Notes: generated from the letters alone by a model not told the origin. DNA of 64,000 nt from Utricularia gibba (GCA_002189035.1 NEEC01000004.1:3968001-4032000); one strand, 5' to 3'. Positions 12,397 to 29,519 are shown, counted from the stretch's first letter. Translations and numbers: made by a program.

Positions 12397-13485
12397 GATT
12401 CAATCCTGCTCTCGTAGCTAGATGCATATATAAGTTTTGCACAAACATACGATGGATTCTCATACATGTTTTAGGTGCTGGTTGCGTTGGAATCCCCTGT
12501 TGTAATCTAAAGATGCCTACTTTGTACTGTAATTTCAAGAAAATAGTTTCGAATAATTGTCTTTCTGTAATAGTTACTTCAAAATTTCTTTTTTGTGACA
12601 CGCTTTTTTTAGAATTTAAATGTTTTTTTTTTTTTGGAAACGAACCATTTGGATTTCAAAAATATTAAAAAACATTGGTTAAGTTCACAAATAAAATAAT
12701 TGTAAAGTGTTTGATAGATGATTTAAAATTTTAATTATATGATTTAAAATTTAAAATATATTAATATTATTTTATATAAGTTATATTGTAATAAATTAAT
12801 AGTAGCACAATGTATTTCTAAGGATAGAATATTAAAAGAATTAATAGAGTACAATTTTTTCATATTCATGTTTCTTATCAAATAGATTTTTTTTGGGAAT
12901 AGAATAAAAATAAAAAAATAAAATCCAATAATTTATGAGGAAATTTTTTTGTATATTGTGATGATTAGTTATTTTTTTAAAAAAAAATTTATTGTGAACA
13001 TAATCCTTATTTTGGGATAAATAATTTAAAATTTTGATATCCTTTTTTTTTTATGAATAAGTTGTTTGATATGGATTTTGCAACAAAACACCCATTTTTG
13101 TGTATCCTTTGCTTGCCGCCCCAATCTGTTTTGCAACGAAACACTCGATTGTTTCTTGGAAAATTGAAGCGGATTAGCTTCTTCCTTGTGGGACATTACC
13201 GGCAGAAATCTCCATCCATGCTTTAGCTCAAAGGTCGTAGCTTGATGTGTGTGTATTTTTTGGGCAAACGTGATTGTTTGTTGTTGTTAATGGTCTACGA
13301 ATATTCATGTTTAGTTTTCTGGATACAGATATTTGTTCAATTGTGTTTTCTAGGCAAGAGATATTTTTCTTCTATGAAAATCAGTTTTCTCTTCTCTGTT
13401 TGGAACTTTGGATGGTCAAGAATGTTTCCTTTTGTTTAGTGTTTTGATGTCTCTGTTGATGCTGTTGGCAGGGATAATTTAACTG

Positions 13486-15337
13486 ATGGGTTTGCCAAGA
13501 TTTACTCGTCTGAAGGAAGGGAACAAGGGAAGTAGTCTCCATCTTTATGTAGCTAATTGTGGACCTGCAGTTGGGCTGTCTTATGAAGCGATTGAATATG
13601 AATTTGGTAAATATGGGGGAATCCAAGGAGTCTACGCAGCTGATGATACGGGTACTCGTGTTATTGTCTCCTTCAAGGATATCATTTCTTCTCAGGCTGC
13701 GATGGAGGCATTAAATGGTAATGAGTGTCCTGGTCTTGGAGGACGCTCCCTGCAGATTAGGTATTCCATGGAAACCCTTGGTAAGGTACTGAGTTTATGC
13801 GATTAGTCATGTGAAATTCTTAAACGACAAGAATAATTTAAGGGTGTAGTTGTCCTTTTGGTTGTCTAAAGTTTCAAGTTTCATTGGAAGTAAAAAAATG
13901 GAGCCAAGTTATGGGAATGCTTAAAAAAGCTAGCACAGTTCTCTTCAGATTTTTCCCAAAACGTTTTTTTGGCACATATGTAAGTGTCTCCCATCATTGT
14001 CAGGTCAAGAACATTGCATCATTTCCTGTTTCAACTTCGGCTGCAGAAGTGGACATTCCTGGACTAATTCTATTGCATGACTTCGTTACTGCCGACGAAG
14101 AGCAAGTTAAGGGTTGATTTTTTATTCATATATCATCTTATAGAGATAAACTTGGAACTCATATCCAGAATATCTTCCTTTGCCCCATCTCAGGATCTTC
14201 TTACTGCAGTGGGTGGTAGACAATGGCAACATCTTGCAAAGAGAAGGGTTCAACATTTCGGATATGAGTTCTGCTATGATGTGAGTCCAGTGCTGGACTA
14301 TTTCTTCTATCTGCAATATCATTGCATCGAATCATTCATCTGTTTTTCTGGATAAACCACAACCCATAATGATGAAAGATTCAACCTCAACGTTCAGGAA
14401 GTTCATAGTCTCTATCTTCATTTTGCAGATAAGGAATGTTGATGCAAACCAGAATTTGGGCAAGCTTCCATCCTTCGTTTCTCCAATCCTTGATAAGATA
14501 ATGTTGTTGAACAACATTATTGATGGCATTGATTTGTCTTTGGATCAACTGACGGCAAGTGAATGCATGCTAACATGTTCCCAGTATATTCCTATGAATG
14601 CAGCTTGTGTATGATTAATGCTTAGAGCAGCTTCGCCTCTTTTTGACAACAAATAGGTTAACGAGTACCCTCCTGGTGTCGGTCTTTCTCCACATATAGA
14701 CACGCATTCAGCATTCGGGAACCTGATTTTCAGCCTTTCCCTGGCTAGTCCTTGCATCATGGAATTCAGAAAGTACACAAGCGGTATTTGGCAGGAAATG
14801 CCTATCCCTATTTCAGATGCAGAAGAGCAACTTCAAGAATTGAGGACAAACTTTGTGAGGAAAGCGATATATCTTCCTCCACGTTCAATGCTGCTGTTGT
14901 CTGGGGAAGCTCGATATGCATGGCATCATTATATTCCACACCACAAGGTGCTTGCTTTGTTCCCCAATGCAGCTGCTGAGAGTTGCCATAAGCTTTCACT
15001 TTCTGTTGACGTCTTTACCATGTGAGGCCTCTGAACGTTCATATAATGCAGATGGATCAAGTCAATGGTGAATCCATTCGGCGGGGTACAAGAGTCTCTT
15101 TCACATTTCGGAAGGTATGCTGATTAAATCTAGTAAGAAGTGAATCATGAACTTCCTGTTGCATTTCCTGTTTTTGTCAACAAGAGTTTGGTCTTTGCAG
15201 TTATGAGCCTTTCCTTATTTCATAACCCATACGTCAAAACTTGTGTTTCTTAGGTACGAAAAGGTCTCTGCGAATGTGAATTTTCTCAGTATTGTGACTC
15301 CCAAAGACCTGAAAGCTCACAGCAATCTACCACCTGA
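13486..15337 (+). CDS. ALKBH8: ALKBH8-like RRM + 2OG-Fe(II) dioxygenase (tRNA wobble uridine modification), 7 exons
   Basis: LYVANCGPAVG in the RRM, RRVQHFGYEFCY, VNEYPPGVGLSPHIDTH (HxD), RYAWHHYIPH, RVSFTFRK and C-terminal CECEFSQYCDSQ. One GC-AG intron with its donor at 14555. Confidence 0.92.
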
Positions 15338-15600
15338 GCAGAAAGTGATTCTTTTTTCATATTAATCTAGCAAGAGCAGTTTCCAGTTGTCGCCAATTCC
15401 TGCTTGTTCTTTTTGGTGGTATTTGAAGACACGCAGCCATAAACTGAAGCATTTTTAACGGATGTGATGACACAAATCCGATTATTTTTTCTCAAATATT
15501 CTCCTTGTTTGGCCAAACTCATGAAGTAGGTCAGCGAAACATCAATATTACAAAGGCAGTCGCCTTTATAGTGTGTAAATGGAGGCATTCGAAAACAGTT

Positions 15601-17760
15601 TCAGGTTGATGATGGATCATGCAGGCAAATATCTCCCTGGCAAAGCGGGCATACCCCCAGACAAGAATCATGATGAGTAAACAAATTTACAGGAGTGATA
15701 TGCGTTTCTCCTTGAGAAATAACACAGATAAACATGGATGCGTGTCGTTTGGAGGGAAGGTCAGAGACAAAAAAGGAAGAGCCCGTGAATTTCTTTGAGC
15801 CATATCTCAACGCATATTCTGTGAAACTCGTGATGACAAGGTAATATTCTCGTGCTGTCTCCTTCCGCGTAGTCAAACAAGCTATGTAGCATCTGTTCAT
15901 TATTTTACAAAGGCAACATATCAGTCTATTGCAGTTAATTGAAATGAAAGAAAAGGAGACAAGATTGATTTACAGTGCAGTGTCTTCCGTGGATTTCTTT
16001 TTCATTTTACTAAAAGACTCCTGTGGGAGGGAATCAACCACATCACTGGGGGCTAGAATGGATCTGATTGCTGATGAATCTGGTCGAAAACCTGATAATA
16101 GTGGTTCGTAAATATTTGTATTGAAAATGATGGAGAATAAGAGCCATTGATCATGGGTGGGGAACGCTTACCTCAAACAGTGCCTCTGTTGACTGTTAGC
16201 ACGACGCTTCTTGATACACTGGCTGTTGCATTTCCATCAATATTCACGTTTGCTTCCTGTGGGGTTATTTGGCAGTAACCTGGGCTCCGGGGTGTTGCCC
16301 AGATAAGATACATGACCTTTCGTGACTGGAAAAGCTCTCAAACTGCATTCCAGCCGCTGAACCCCATGCACCTGAGAGAAGCAGGGAGTTCTATTGAAAA
16401 TCTATACTGGTGTTCAACGTGAACCAAAACAATTATTGAGAGAGGAAGATATAGCTACGTGAGATATTATTCTTCTTCGGCGCCCAGGTGAATGTGATCT
16501 ATGTTCCAGGAAATCAGGATACCCGACCTCTCTTGCCCTGTATCGTGTTGTTTCCTGACAACCAGAAGACGCCTCCTGAATAAAGAGACGAGGATTTGTT
16601 GCAGCGTCCTCTTCTTCAAGGCCTTAAGCTTGCCTTGCAGAAACCTGACTATTAAGCCTCAATTCCTCAAATAGGAGAACTCTGAGCCAGGAGTTGTAGC
16701 TCGGCGGAGAAGTCTATCACAGAAGATGTCTTCCGATACTCGGTGTTCTACTAAAGTGAACATTTCGTTCTAAAGGTTCTCTAGCAGCTAGCTAATCTTC
16801 TGTCACACTCCCTACTTCCAGAAACATCAGAGTGATCTTGATTGAACTGAGGCAATGAATTCAGGCAATACCCCTCCACCCTTGGGTTGCTTCTACTCCC
16901 CAAGACATCATGAACATGTGAACGGTGATCTTCATCTTTGAAGGTGAAGGGCGACTTCGCATACTGTGGGTAAAACATCACAAGCTCGTGATCCAGCACT
17001 CTTTCTATGAACTACAGCATCAGCGGAGACAGTGAAATCATCTTTCTCATTTGATGCCCCAAAATCTCCTGCGGAGTTCCCAAATTGCGAGCTTGGGACA
17101 TACGAAGGCTTAAGTTTCTGAGATAGAAACTTAACTGAGAAAGGAATCCACTTCGAGGATTCAGTGTGCATGATGAGAATTCCCTAGAAGCAATCCCGCC
17201 TCCAGATTCAAATGAATTTGTGCAGTTTGTTTCGTTACACTGCTGATAATAACATGATTTGCGCTTTCTTGGGCGTCTAAGATCCTTGCGATTCTCTTTG
17301 CACGAAAATTCCCACACCTACGGTTTGCATTCAGGAGAATTGAAACATCATTTTAAAGAAGTTATGATTACTGATTGTCCAATATAATTCCAATCATATA
17401 TAGCTTCATGATTCACAATCGGGTATCTCCCGTGACAAGGAATGACATCAAAGTTACTAAGTCATCAAACACGTAGAAAGATTCTCATCAAAACTGGATC
17501 ATCAGAAAAGATGAAAAAAAGGCACTGTAACATCACCAGTGATGAGAAACACCCTGGAAACGAAGGGAGGCACAAAACTGAAAATCAAATGGCGGCTAAA
17601 GAAATCACCTTGGCATCCTCAGCGTCAAAAATAGGGACCGAAGGCAAGAAGAATTCAACCCCATACTTTGGGCGGATCCGCCTTCCATAGAAACGAACCA
17701 CACTACAGCGCCGGAGACGAATCGGAAGAGCCCAGCGGCATTATGCTTGCCGCTGCTAAG
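15601..17760 (-). pseudogene. Decayed RING-H2 E3 ubiquitin ligase gene (WLKEIHGVCPLC family)
   Basis: Minus-strand remnants AREPLERNVHFSRTPSIGR, TEALFE|VFDQIHQQS, APSDVVDSLP, CYI-LFDYAEGDSTRILPCHHEFHRICVEIWLKEIHG|VCPLCQGDIC. Many frameshifts and stops; the last intron lacks canonical GT/AG. The 5' limit is approximate. Confidence 0.8.
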
Positions 17761-18257
17761 ACCTACTTCTAACAATCAAAAATTGAAACTTCCTTGCTGG
17801 AAACCGCATTCTCCCAACGGGTAAAGCAACTCACTTCGGGTCCAACTCCAGGTCATCTTTGTACTTGTACAAAATATACCTTAGCCCAAAATAGAACACT
17901 CCGATAGCGTTTTCCTTCGAAACATGAACAATTTTGCAATTCATTTATCGACTAAGCTACATGTGATGGCTTGAGGTGCCAAATTGAGGATCAAATCAGT
18001 TTCTGTGTGAGGCTAAAACGGCCCATGTTGAATACACACTTAGAGAATCCAACTAGACAACCAACATTCAGCTATGAGATCTCAATGAATACATTAGACA
18101 GTCGACGTTCAAAGAAGTAATCACCTAAGGAACCCTGGAAACAAAATCTAAATCCCGAGTCCGATGAAAAGACAGCTAAATAGCGACAGTATCACCAGTC
18201 AAAGCCTTGAGTGATTGTCCCAGAGGCCCATCATACTGAACAGAAGCCATTTGGACT

Positions 18258-19168
18258 TCAGATGAGGAGTTTCTCAATTGCATCCTGCATGATAGTAGAC
18301 GCGAGACAATTTTAGATTGATAAATAAAAGGCAATTCCCATTTCACTATCACCATGAAATCTGAATGACGAAATACCTTCAGCTGCACTATCTGGGATTT
18401 TAACTGGCTACCTTCGTTACTTGTGACCGAACAAGCTATGACTGGTCTCGTCACTCCACACGCTCGACCTAGAGCTTCCTTCGATGGCACAAAAACATAT
18501 GGGACATTCTGGAGAAGAATAATATGTCAACACGCATCAACTCGGAATCATCAAGCTTACTACAATTCACACCTTTCAATCATGCTCTTGTATATAGAAT
18601 TACAAAAATTGAAAGAAAAAAACAGAATTTAGTGAAAAAGCTCATATCCAATGGGCCATAATGTAATGAGGACAGCCAAATATAATATCCACAAAGCAGC
18701 AATTTATTATAAGCTGACGTATTCGCGATACAGTAAACTTCTCCGGTCACAGCTGGTTACCTTGTCTTCAGCCAGGAGTGGTAGGTGAAGAAGTATTTCA
18801 AGAGGCTCAGTATCCGCTGCCATGACAACGAATTCGGATATCCCACGATTCAGCGTCTTTGTGGCTGCACAACAAAGAATCATTCTGAAGTTAAAAAATA
18901 TGTAACTTATAAGACGAAACAACTTTCATGATGCGCGAAAACTTCATTGTTTACCTTCATTCGCGCCCTTCTTGAGCTGCTTGTAATTAGTAGCTTGTTG
19001 AACCAAGTCAAGAATAGTTATAGTTAGCTGCGCATCAGCGAGAGGGTACGCCTTTGGATTCACAGCTTCCGTAGTCTATCTTACGCCAAAAAGATAATCC
19101 ATAAACCAAAAAAAAGTTACAACAATGAATTTGAAGCTTGAAGAGTCAGCGTGGTCAGAGCTTACCAT
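18258..19168 (-). CDS. SNU13: SNU13/15.5K (NHP2-like protein 1), L7Ae family K-turn binding protein, 5 coding exons
   Basis: M|[18 protein letters not shown]...KQLKKGANE|[35 protein letters not shown]|[28 protein letters not shown]...|DAIEKLLI*, canonical splice sites. Confidence 0.95.
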
Positions 19169-19836
19169 TGCCGGCGAACAGAAGTGCAAGAACTTCCAAT
19201 TTCCAGGACCTGAAGGATGAAGGTTTTTCGTTAATAGGGTTTCGCGGTCTGAAGAGGAAGTGGGAAGGCTAATTTGAGAAGTAATGGGCTGATAGCCCAA
19301 AACTAAAAGGCCTCCTCGAAAGCTTTCGAGCGTAGGCCCTTATAGTATACCTTTTGTACGGTCCAATACAAAACGACACCGTATTCTCTGTCTCCCCAGC
19401 CCTCTCAATCGGTGAAACGTAAAATGGTGTACAATGGGACCTGATTGCTCGCTCAATTTGCTGGGATTTGCGGCTAGGTGGTCGGTTTCGACTTATTTTG
19501 GATCCGATTAATCGAGGTGAGATGCGTATGCTTTCAATGGCTGCGTGAGTTTTCGATTCTTTTTTGATGTTGAATCTTTGCCTAGAATGCTGCTGCCAGT
19601 TTTTCGTGTTTTTGGTCTATCGATCCCAATTTCATGTCTTGTTTGGTTTTTCGCTTTGCATTCGTGGATTCCGATTTTGGGTTTCTTTTCTCTGTTTGAT
19701 TATGCGAGTCATTCATAAGTTCGTGTCTTCTCGAGCAGTTCAAAACAGGTTCCTTTTCGCTGTTCGTTGCTGTTGTGTTTATATTATGGTTAAGATCTTA
19801 ACCTGCTAATCGCGTCTCGTTTGATCAGATCATACA

Positions 19837-19947
19837 ATGGATGATCAAGACCTGGGCTTTTTTGCGAACTTCCTTGGGATCTTCATATTTTTGCTGGTGA
19901 TTGCTTACCATCTCGTGATGGCAGATCCCAAATACCAGGGGAACTGA
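19837..19947 (+). CDS. OST4: Oligosaccharyltransferase subunit 4 (36 aa), below the ORF-track cutoff
   Basis: [36 protein letters not shown], a single TM helix matching plant OST4. A 5'UTR intron (GT near 19518, AG at 19827-19828) precedes it. Confidence 0.93.
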   Translation: MDDQDLGFFANFLGIFIFLLVIAYHLVMADPKYQGN

Positions 19948-21668
19948 AGAGTTTTCCGTCTAAAGATAGTTCCATGTAAGGTTGTTTTGTTGGAGCATTG
20001 ACTTAGACTTTGCTGAACATACAATGATCGTGTATCATCATGTATTTGATTAAGGAACTCTGGATCTGATGAATTTCAATTTGGCCATCATCTCTGCCTT
20101 CTTGTCAGCAGCATTCTTAGCTCTGAAAATTTTTCATTAGCTCAAACTGTGTTACAACGGTATTCTGCATAGCTCTAGAATACACATTTTCATGCATGTC
20201 TCCTAGTGAAAGGACTTAATGTAGTTTACCATATCCTCATATGTCATGCCTTGTTCATTTGCTTCTTGGTGTAGATGCGGCAACTGCATCTTTAAACCCC
20301 AAATCCAACTTCCTTCCTGCAAGTAAACCACTGTTCCTATGTGTCCACCATGTATTTCAGAGCAGAAGTCCCATCTCTTATGGGAACTCGGGGCCTGTTT
20401 TGGACAGAAGTCACATCTCTTTAGTTCGAAGTAGGGTTTGTTCATGGATCGAATATCGAGAACCCACTAGAACAGAATACATTTAACAGTTGACAAATTG
20501 GAGCCAACATGGGTATAGATTAAAAGTTCTAAAAACAGATTTTAAATGGTTCGGATGTAAATTTGAATTTTTATAAACTTTATTTGAATTTGAATCGATT
20601 ATTTTTATTGTTGTATAAATAATTTTTATACTATTAATTATGTAATATATTTGATGGGGTATAAATCGATGGAGTAAAATCGATTTCTGAAAAACTGCCA
20701 AAAGGAACTTTGACAAGATAACGCCAGTCAACAGACCGATATATGTCAAAAATCTGACAGTGGTGGTCGTATGACATAGTTTGAAAAGCAGCCGAATTAC
20801 GGCAGAACAGACGGTCGTTATCTGAAAGCGAGATCACCTAGCAGGCGCAGAAAACAATCGGCGTCTGCAGAATTCAGGACTCGGTCTAACCGACCTCTTT
20901 TATAAATAAGAGAAATCATAATGGAAAGGGGGTTCGAACCTAAACCTCCCAACCTGTATCTTTCTTCACCATCTCTGTCTAGTAAAAGCTTTCTTCGTTG
21001 AGCTCCGATAGCTTCGTAGTTTTTCCGTCCTCCGGCGGTTTCCACGTAAAAATCTCCACCTACCCTTATTTTTGTTGATCAAATCGAACAAATCGCAAAA
21101 AAGCATAACTAGGTGCGATATTTCCGGTTGCACCAATAACCCAAAAATTGACCTCATCTCAGACACCGATTTCCACCCTTAACAATATTATATTTTTATG
21201 AGTAAATATATATTATTTAAAGTTAACAATATAACTTTATTATTTATACATCAACAAAGTATAATATAATTGATATTGAAGGTTATTAATATTTAAAATT
21301 TAAAATATAAATAAATAAAATTTATAATCAGTTCTTATTTGAAATCTGACCGAAACCAATTAAAAATCAGACCGATATCGATTAAGAATTAGACCAAAAT
21401 CGATGAAAAATCGAAATTAAGGATTCGGGTAAAGAACCGATTAAATGAATATTTAATCGGGATTATGGTTATTGCTGCTATATCCTCTATTCAGACAAAT
21501 TGTTTTGTCCGTGCATTTATAACCATTAAAGCGAAAGCAAAAACGGTGAGGGGGCTTGGGGGCCCAATCCGAAGAAAGAAATATAGCCGTTACGGTTGGG
21601 CTGGAATCCTCTACTAATCATAAATACAATCGCTGGACGGAAAGCTTGGAAAACCCTGTGCCGGAAAA

Positions 21669-22301
21669 ATGGTTGATTTCTTCTCCGACAGCGACGACGA
21701 CAAAGCGGTGGAGGAGATCCTCTCTCAGGCCACGGACATGGTGGTTCTTGAGCAAGTCGCCGCCATCAACTGCGCCAGTTTCGCCGATTCCGATCTCCCG
21801 TCACACCTCGAAGCTCGCTTTCGGAAGCTCAAATCTCTTCCATCGAGCCAGTCAAACTGCCTATCCTCACTAAAAGGGGACTCCAAAGTTTCACCAAAAC
21901 ACCTGGGATCTGAATCACAATCGCATTTTCCAGAAATCCCACCTCTTAAACCCCTTTCCCCAACATCAGAACTACATCATCTGAAAATCCCATCTCGAAA
22001 ATCCCCTTCAAGCTCTTCGTTTTCAAGTAGATCTGTTTCCGTTTCTCCACCGGCGAGAAGGGGCTGCTTTATGTGTTCTCCCTGTAAGTGGGGATCCGGA
22101 AAAGGAAAAAAAGGCCCTGATTTGGAGAGTCACTGGGTGAAATGTGAGGAATTCGTGGCAGATTTGAAGAAGAGCCAGAGGAGAATGATGAAGAATGCCA
22201 TGAAAGGGGAAGAAAAGATGATGAGGAAGGCTGAGAAAATCATCAACTGGGCTGATGAAGCTTCTGCCAGGATGAGGGAGAATGCTCTCAAGTTTCGTTG
22301 A
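21669..22301 (+). CDS. Intronless uncharacterised plant protein, 210 aa
   Basis: Uninterrupted ATG-TGA ORF: acidic N-terminus, LEQVAAINCASFADSDLPSHLEARFRKLKS block, Ser/Pro-rich middle and a K/E/M-rich predicted coiled-coil end. Confidence 0.7.
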   Translation: MVDFFSDSDDDKAVEEILSQATDMVVLEQVAAINCASFADSDLPSHLEARFRKLKSLPSSQSNCLSSLKGDSKVSPKHLGSESQSHFPEIPPLKPLSPTSELHHLKIPSRKSPSSSSFSSRSVSVSPPARRGCFMCSPCKWGSGKGKKGPDLESHWVKCEEFVADLKKSQRRMMKNAMKGEEKMMRKAEKIINWADEASARMRENALKFR

Positions 22302-22669
22302 TTCCTGATGTACTTCCACCGTTTGGCCCTTTTTCCTTGAAGCGATAATCATAATATATCTTAAATTATTATTAGTAATCATTTTTATTCAATTTTTTAA
22401 TTTTAATATTTGGAATAGAATATTTCATGAGTTATGGGTCACCGCTGGGCCCATCCAAAATTGGGCTTCAGTAATTGGGCCTACGATGGGTCCTGACCAT
22501 CCGCCAGTGTCCGCTGTCCCGTTCGTTTCTCCAGTTCCGAATACAAAAGCAAAATGATTTTTGGACTCGCGGGTTCGATTGAGTAGTTGAATGTCGATTT
22601 GCACGCTCTAATTTCTATACAGTATCTGTTTTCTTGACAAGAAGCTGAATTGCAGAACAGCAGTGGAAA

Positions 22670-26920
<4,251 letters not shown>

Positions 26921-27761
26921 ACCAGTTAAGTATAGTTTATCTCCTACAAATGCCACGTTATTCTCTTGGTAATGACGTTTGATATGAGATTTATTTATTT
27001 TGTTTTATCTATTTTTGCATTTTTTTTTAAAACTTTCTAGTCCATATGTTGGACCACGTGCTGTGTTTTCAAACTTGAAGGTTAACCAGCGATTGAAAAC
27101 CGTTAATCGGTTTTGTAGCAAGTTGTGGGTTAATTGCATAAGAGATTTTCAATTTTGTGAGATATGATATCTAAATAATTAGTATTATTACGACCCACTT
27201 TTGTTTAAAGTTATCATTTTTTTATTGATCAAAACCCGATTTTGAATAGAAATGGTTCGTACCATCGATTCTGATTGTAGGGGCATCCACATCACTATTC
27301 GAACAATGTAGATGTAGTAAACATGTAGATAAACGCAAATCTCTTTACACGGACAACAAAGTATTTTTTATATATATTTTTAATTTTTTTAACATATTTA
27401 ATATATAAACCCTAATTTTTCATATTCAATTTTATATCTACATTTTTTTTCCAATGTGGTGGATCTGTTTTCACAAAAGATGAAGAATAATCTGCAAATT
27501 TTTGTTTGTAACTAATGGTTAATATAGAATTTTTGTATTTTTGCAAGTTATCAAAGTTTCTATTTCATCTTCTACATTAATTATATTAATTAAAGGATTT
27601 GAAAAATTTCTAAACATTGTACTTTTTTTATGTTTTGGAATAACTAATATTTGGTAATGTTTAATAGTTTAAATTATAGTGTTTTATAGAATAACTACGT
27701 TATATATCATAGTATAGAATTATAAATTTGATTAAACTTAATTAATATTAAATATTTATTA

Positions 27762-27765
<4 letters not shown>

Positions 27766-27829
<64 letters not shown>
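27766..27829. repeat. (TA)n microsatellite, about 32 units
   Basis: Direct reading. Confidence 0.97.
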
Positions 27830-27833
<4 letters not shown>

Positions 27834-28649
27834 ATTTTGTTTTTGAAATAATTTTCTTATTTTTTAGAATCATTTCGATATATTATATTTGGTTTTTATA
27901 GTATTATGTTAAGTGTATTTATTTAAATATTTATTTGATCATTTTTTCAATAATACTTTTAGATTAATATGGGTTCAATGACAAGATGAATAGATGATAA
28001 AGTCAACATATTCGTGTCAGCTTGGTTAAATACTTCAATTGATCTCATTATCGATAATTTCCAAAAATCAAAGTTATTTTAGAATGCCATTGATTTTTTC
28101 TATTGTGATGCAATCAAGACTTATGAAACAAATGGAAAAATTTGTAAACCTTAAGCTTTGAGGAACAAGTGGAAAAACTTAAGTACAAATGTTCAAATTT
28201 TTTTTTAGAATATGTGATAAGATTTCATGATAGGATCAAAACGATTACAGCAATTACGATTTGATTGATATGAGCTTGAAGTTATATACATAAGAATTTC
28301 GTAAACCTTTTACATACTTGAAAGCTTGAAAGATATTACGAGATTAACCAAAATAGATGAAATTAAAATCTATTGCTATTTACACCTTATTTTATTTTTA
28401 CTAACTCATTATTTTGTATGAAAACATAATGTAGAAAATGAAAGTAAGAAGAAAAAGAAAGTACTCATCGCATGTGACTCATCATCGGTCCAATCTGATA
28501 TAACTTCTAATATAATGAAACAAATGAATTTAAAGGTTACAATTATACAACGTCCTAATGGATAAAAGAATGCTAAGAAACCACGAATTCATAATAGTAA
28601 CTCTAGCATAATTTCTCAAGAGAAAAAGATGATATCAAAGTAATAATTG

Positions 28650-29105
28650 ATAAATTGGATGAGTATAATGATGGATGGATCCCTCCACAAGTGGAGCCTA
28701 CAAAAGATTAAAGAAACATGCGATTGATGGCATTGGACGATGAGGATTGGTGGCATCAGCTAGGGGGTTGGTGGGGAATGCTTTCCTATAGAATCATCCC
28801 ATCCAATCTCAACAAGAGCTCGTAGCTCTTAGGTGTTTTTGTGTGAGTTCGGTAGAATAGGAAAAAGGAGAAAGATAATATTCTTTTGTATTTGTGTTTC
28901 TCATATGATAGAGTTTTCAGAAAAACGATAGAAAGAAAGAGTAAAACTTAGTAATTTATTAAAATAAATTTCTTTGTATTCACTGTGATAAATAGTGAAT
29001 TTTCTTAGAGTTAGGTGTGGATGTAGTCCTTATTTTGAATGAACCACATTAAATCTCGTTATCTATTTTCTTGATTTTTTATGTCAAATTTATTATTTGG
29101 TAACA
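28650..29105 (+). mobile_element. Probable Ty1/copia LTR fragment or solo LTR inside the PIF element
   Basis: U5-like gtggatgtagtcc...gaaccacattaaatctcg block ending ttggtaaca at 29105. The 5' end and a TSD could not be fixed. Confidence 0.4.
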
Positions 29106-29519
29106 ATTGCACACAACATATAAGATAAAAATGGTAAGACACAATGCACTATACCAACAATATATTGTAGTGAAGAATACAAAAATTGTAGTGAACTCTG
29201 CATACGAGTTGAAGTTGTTGATCGAGATCAATGGGTCAAAGATAGATAACTTTCAAAGAATGCTATATAATGAAGAATATAATCATGTATTATCTAGTAT
29301 GAATTTAACAGAGTTCACTTCCTATTCAGACTTATTCGCTTCCACCTCAGCCTAATTTTCAAGAACCACATAGTGGTTTTAATGATAATTGTTGATTCTT
29401 AATATTGTTTATTTTTAAATACTGCAACTTTTATCAACTATGTAACTTAATTTTAGCTTATTACATCGTATTGAACAAATTATTTAACTTATTAAACCTA
29501 CCTCATCAATCATATAGCA

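Noticed and set aside
10352-12668. Antisense and alternative-frame ORFs overlapping ROPGEF14, and similar ones over the other genes
   Set aside because: Shadow ORFs of real coding exons with no independent evidence.
20010-20100. Possible C/D snoRNA boxes downstream of OST4
   Set aside because: No proper RTGATGA...CTGA pair with a terminal stem; it lies in the probable 3'UTR.
27085-27275. hAT-like subterminal motifs (aaaaccg, atcggtt)
   Set aside because: No paired TIR or 8-bp TSD could be assigned.
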